Part shown: positions 62,348-64,000 of the stretch, piece by piece
Layout: each line of letters opens with the position of its first letter
Position numbering within the stretch: the first letter of the stretch is position 1
From: Trypanosoma brucei
Lineage: Eukaryota
Assembly: GCA_000002445.1 (NCBI GenBank)
Contig: CH464491.1
Coordinates: forward strand, 4,544,001 to 4,608,000
DNA: 64,000 bases
Direction of reading: 5' to 3'
The notes under the pieces: generated by a model
Database searches by the model: none
Seen by the model: only the letters and a program-made list of their open reading frames with translations
Told to the model about the DNA's origin: nothing
Position numbers and translations under genes: made by a program

Positions 62348-62589
62348 TTTTAAGGGTTGTTGTTTAATTATATGAAAATGATGAAAATTTGCAATTCTGA
62401 GATAATTTGCTAAAAGTTTCTAATATTTGATGTATTTTAAGGATTTTTTATAAAATTGTTCAAGTTGTTGAAAAAATTGTTATCATGAAGTTTTTGTACG
62501 AAAATGTTCCATTGGTGTCAAGCAGTGTGTTTATAGGGTTAGAAAAACGGATTTTGTTCTATTTCTTTCATTTTGTTTATATATATTGC

Positions 62590-62765
62590 TTAGGGTTATA
62601 ATTTAAGAGAAGTAATATTAATAATAATAATAATAAAAGACTGTTGTGAGTGTGTGTGTGTACTAATATTATAATATGAGCAGTAATAATAATAGTTATG
62701 ATAATAATAGGAGAGTGTTGTGAGTGTGTGTATATACGAATATTATAATAAGGGTGATCCTGAAA
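62590..62765 (+). repeat. 70-bp-type repeats, about 2 copies
   Basis: ...ataataataataataaaagactgttgtgagtgtgtgtgtgtactaatattataatatgagcagtaataataatagttatgataataataggagagtgttgtgagtgtgtgtatatacgaatattataataag. Confidence 0.85.
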
Positions 62766-64000
62766 ACTAAATGCAATGCCCAAGTAGCAGCACATAAAAA
62801 TGAGATTGGTGCAATAAGTGCTGGAGTGGGGGAGACGGAGAGCAATAGAGGATGCATACAGAATAATACTAACGAGGCACATGAATAAAATTTGATTTTG
62901 TGGAGCTTAAAACACAAATATGAGTAAAGGCACCATCATACACAAGGAAATGATGGAAAGAACAATTAAGGATGGGGAAAGTGCAATGTACAGGATAAAT
63001 TTATTCTTTACGTTAATCACAGAAGCAGCAACAGAAGACAAAAAATGCGGCAGACAGAGTGAAGTAACAGGATACGCGAAACGCAGGATTGAGGAATAAA
63101 ATAGTGATACAGGAGCAGAAGGTACCCTGTATATCACTTACAAATGAATAGATAATCTGTGGAGATGATAGTATAGACTGTAGTTGTTAATTAAACTCCA
63201 AATCCCAATATTCATCTATGTATAAGAAAGAGTAAAGCAGAAATATGAGGAAAAGAATGGGTAAGCGTGAGGTAATTCAAATTTTCTTTCATAAGACATA
63301 CTGATAAGCACCAATATTTGCATGAAATAATTTAATTTTTTGGTGGAAGATGTTTTTAAACCTATGACTACCAATGAATTATGGTGGAGAGCAGAAGGCG
63401 AAGAAGAAAAACGTGGAAAAGCTCAGAAAAGCACAGGGGAAAGGGACGAAGGATGACTATTAAGTGAAGGAAACAAATGGTGAGGCTTCTACAGCTTCAT
63501 ACTGATATACAGATGAGAAATTAATACCATCCAGAAATGGTGCGCTACATATTAGAGTCAGAACTAGACCCTCATATAATGAAGACAATAAATATGTCGC
63601 AACAGATATGGGGAGTTAAAAATGAGTTCCACGTTTCGATTACCAAACGGAGAAGACGTAAAAGCATGCAAATTTTGAAGCAAACACAAGGACGATCGAG
63701 CATGCGCGCAAGGAAGGGACGTTGCCCTGCTAACTCAGTCTGAAATTAGAATGTAAAGTTAGTTAGAGATTCTAGATTTGAAAAGGTAAATTTTTATTTT
63801 AGGGTATAGAAAAGTGTCAGTTTTTTATGAAGCACCGCGATGTATTTGACGATAAATAGAGAAAAACAGATATAAACCTAACTAACTTGGAATTAAAAGT
63901 GGTAAACATTTGTTATTTTCACGCGCGTTTTACTCCCATCCTGCAACAGAGAAAGCCAGTAGTCGCTGCAGGGAGAACCCTGAAGGGCAAACTGCCAACG

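Noticed and set aside
1-64000. Prokaryotic-type systems (CRISPR arrays, toxin-antitoxin, restriction-modification, operons)
   Set aside because: The sequence is eukaryotic and kinetoplastid: VSG cassettes, 70-bp repeats and ingi. There is no direct-repeat and spacer architecture, and no Shine-Dalgarno-spaced operons. The only regular repeats are 70-bp VSG repeats and microsatellites.

Overview
This window reads as a subtelomeric variant surface glycoprotein (VSG) gene array from an African trypanosome of the Trypanosoma brucei group. It is not a prokaryotic locus. The sequence is organised as repeated cassettes. Each cassette has an upstream 70-bp-type repeat block (TGATAATAATAA...GAGTGTTGTGAGTGTGTATATACGAATATTATAATAAG), a 0.9-2.5 kb spacer, and a roughly 1.5 kb VSG gene. 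The VSG genes show a signal peptide, an N-terminal domain, a Cys-rich C-terminal domain with CKWE/[8 protein letters not shown]-type motifs, and a hydrophobic GPI signal. Each is followed by a 3'UTR carrying the conserved TGATATATTTTAACAC-like 16-mer. I count 19 VSG units. Two look intact, at 25823-27256 on the minus strand and 60836-62347 on the plus strand. Three are full-length apart from a single in-frame TAA at the N/C-domain hinge. The rest are frameshifted or nonsense pseudogenes, plus two solo C-terminal fragments. Transcription polarity switches twice. Positions 1-9065 carry plus-strand genes, 10311-27256 carry a block of minus-strand VSGs, and plus-strand genes resume at about 28700 (ORF X copy B) and 29852 (first VSG). 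A degenerate 5.2 kb ingi non-LTR retrotransposon sits at about 3868-9065 on the plus strand. It has a Pr77-type 5' end, a 2A-like DVEENPGP peptide, AP-endonuclease and reverse-transcriptase regions, and five C-terminal C2H2 zinc fingers. It lies directly downstream of a VSG pseudogene. Non-VSG passengers are a beta-3-glycosyltransferase-like pseudogene with a KADDD motif at 59569-60678, upstream of an intact VSG, and an unidentified degenerate ORF ('ORF X'). ORF X is present in two oppositely oriented copies, each just upstream of a VSG. I found no CRISPR array, rRNA or tRNA. All calls come from reading the sequence and the ORF track, without database searches. Family assignments rest on recognised motifs.
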